DNA from: Utricularia gibba
Lineage: Eukaryota; Plantae; Magnoliophyta
Length of the DNA stretch: 64,000 nucleotides
Direction: 5' to 3'
NCBI GenBank assembly: GCA_002189035.1
Contig: NEEC01000010.1
Span: 620,001 to 684,000, forward strand
The position numbers were made by a program, and so were the translations under genes. Of this stretch, positions 62,469 through 64,000 are shown piece by piece. The first letter of the stretch is position 1, and the number at the start of each line of letters is the position of its first letter. Below the pieces are notes generated by a model that saw only the letters and a program-made list of their open reading frames with translations, did no database searches and was not told the origin of the DNA.

Positions 62469-63601
62469 ATGGGGAGTTCTGGGTGGGGCAGAGCAATCAC
62501 GACCTCTCGTTCAAGATCTTGATGATCGGAGATTCTGCCGTCGGCAAGAGCACCCTCCTTTTCAGTTTCATTTCCAATCTTGTTGACGATGATCTTACCC
62601 CCACCATCGGTATGAAATTCACTTCTTCTGGTCAATTTTTCTGCTTCCAACTTGAGTGTTTTATTTAAATACGTTATTGTATTTTTGGTGATTCTAAGGT
62701 GTGGATTTCAAGATCAAGTTTCTTACGGTAGGCCACAAAAAATTGAAACTTACAATTTGGGATACTGGTGAGTTTTTTTTAGCTTCTTTGTGTCTTCACT
62801 TGGAAATAGTCATATATGAGACTCTTAATATAGAATCGATTGCCATGTATACATGTCTGTCTCTTGTCAGCTGGACAAGAAAGGTTCAGGACACTGACCA
62901 GTTCTTATTACAGAGGGGCACAAGGGATCATTCTTGGTTAGTTACTTTGTAGAATTCAAAGCCATTTTCTTGCACCCATGTTGTCTTTGTATCCCCATCT
63001 GATGATTTGTTTATGGGTAGTCTATGATGTAACAAGGCGGGATACATTTAAAAACTTGTCCGATATCTGGGCAAAGGAACTAGAACTGTACTCTTCCGGC
63101 AGGGAATGTATCAAGATGCTTGTTGGAAACAAAGTTGACAGGGTTTTTTCCCATCTTCTGTGTCTTCTTTAGTTTCCCCTTTTTTCCAAATGACGACATC
63201 CCGTGTATGCTGTCTCATTTGTATTATCTGATTCAGGAGTCGGATCGAGTAGTAGATAGGGAGGAAGGGCTGGCCCTGGCTAAGGAACTCGGATGTCTGT
63301 TCTTTGAAAGCAGTGCCAAAACTCGAGAAAGTGTTGAGCATTGTTTTGAAAAGCTTCTGATCAAGGTATGAAGAATGCTTGTTCTTGATACAGACAGAGA
63401 TGAATAACATTTACTTCGAATCCTGACACACATGAATCAGTCATACGGCAATGAGGAGTCTCTAAGGTATTATTTTGTTTCTTGTCCTTGTAACGATGAT
63501 GTTAGATAATGGAGGTTCCACGGCTACTTGAAGAAGGGTCTACTGTAAAGAGAAACATCCTGAAACAGAATCACGCCCGGAGCCGTGGCTGCTGCGCGTG
63601 A
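62469..63601 (+). CDS. RABC2: RabC (Rab18-like) small GTPase, 6 exons; start ATG is out of frame in this sequence
   Basis: [49 protein letters not shown]-terminal GCCA*. All GT-AG introns join in frame. Frameshift within codons 5-7. RABC2 versus RABC1 subtype is tentative. Confidence 0.85.
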
Positions 63602-64000
63602 GATGCTGCTCCAGGTGCAGTACACTGTAAATGATTATGTTGTGTTGCTGCAACATGCTTGATGCTGTGCTCCTTTTGATGTTGCTGGAGACCAGTGGAA
63701 TGTGTAAAAATCTGTTGATTCGTTATACTCTCCAAGAATGTGTAATACAGACGACCCATGAATAGATAGTTAAGTTGGATATGCATCATACACACAAATC
63801 AATGGCCTCTAACGATCACACGATTTAAATATATAAAAAAACATGAATTATACTTAAAAAAATAGATTCAATAAATTATTAGTAATATATAAATAATTAT
63901 ATATTTAATTATTTTATTTTTAAATTACGATATAAAATTGCTTGCACCTAACTATATAGCCGCCGGGAATTGGCGCCCTGTAGGAGAAACAGACACCCAC

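Noticed and set aside
62525-62554. RabC P-loop GDSAVGKS as an activating-type variant
   Set aside because: An alanine at this position is normal in several Rab subfamilies (e.g. RabA/Rab11, Rab5).
1-64000. tRNA, rRNA, snoRNA, miRNA genes and CRISPR arrays
   Set aside because: No cloverleaf with A/B boxes, rRNA-like tract, convincing long hairpin or repeat-spacer array was seen by eye. Small ncRNAs could have been missed without covariance-model searches.

Overview
Plant (eudicot-like, AT-rich) nuclear DNA. Seven host genes are supported: a TauE/SafE sulfite-exporter family gene (-), a single-exon PLS-E-DYW PPR gene resembling EMB175/At5g03800 (-), a PLATZ transcription factor (+), the plastid nucleobase transporter NCS1 (+), a PHD/Tify-binding/GNAT chromatin protein (-), the U3-processome WD40 protein UTP12/DIP2 (-) and a RabC (Rab18-like) GTPase (+). 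Between them lie layered transposon remains: a 9.1-kb Athila-type Ty3/gypsy element, a gag-pol-less Tat/Retand-type element with an antisense ORF, solo LTRs, Copia and integrase remnants, two hAT remnants and a Tourist-like MITE. Main observation: the 10-bp palindrome CTTGCGCAAG occurs 12 times perfectly (plus 3 one-mismatch copies) inside the Athila element, including 7 times in pol coding sequence in two reading frames, and I did not see it elsewhere in the window. Also notable: the Tat element keeps only an intron-containing, NLS-bearing antisense gene with its own TATA box; three diverged LTRs lie head to tail; and the RabC start codon is out of frame, with a mirror-image frameshift in a nearby partial duplicate. 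All alignments, counts and identities were done by eye. Family assignments rest on recalled motifs, not database searches.
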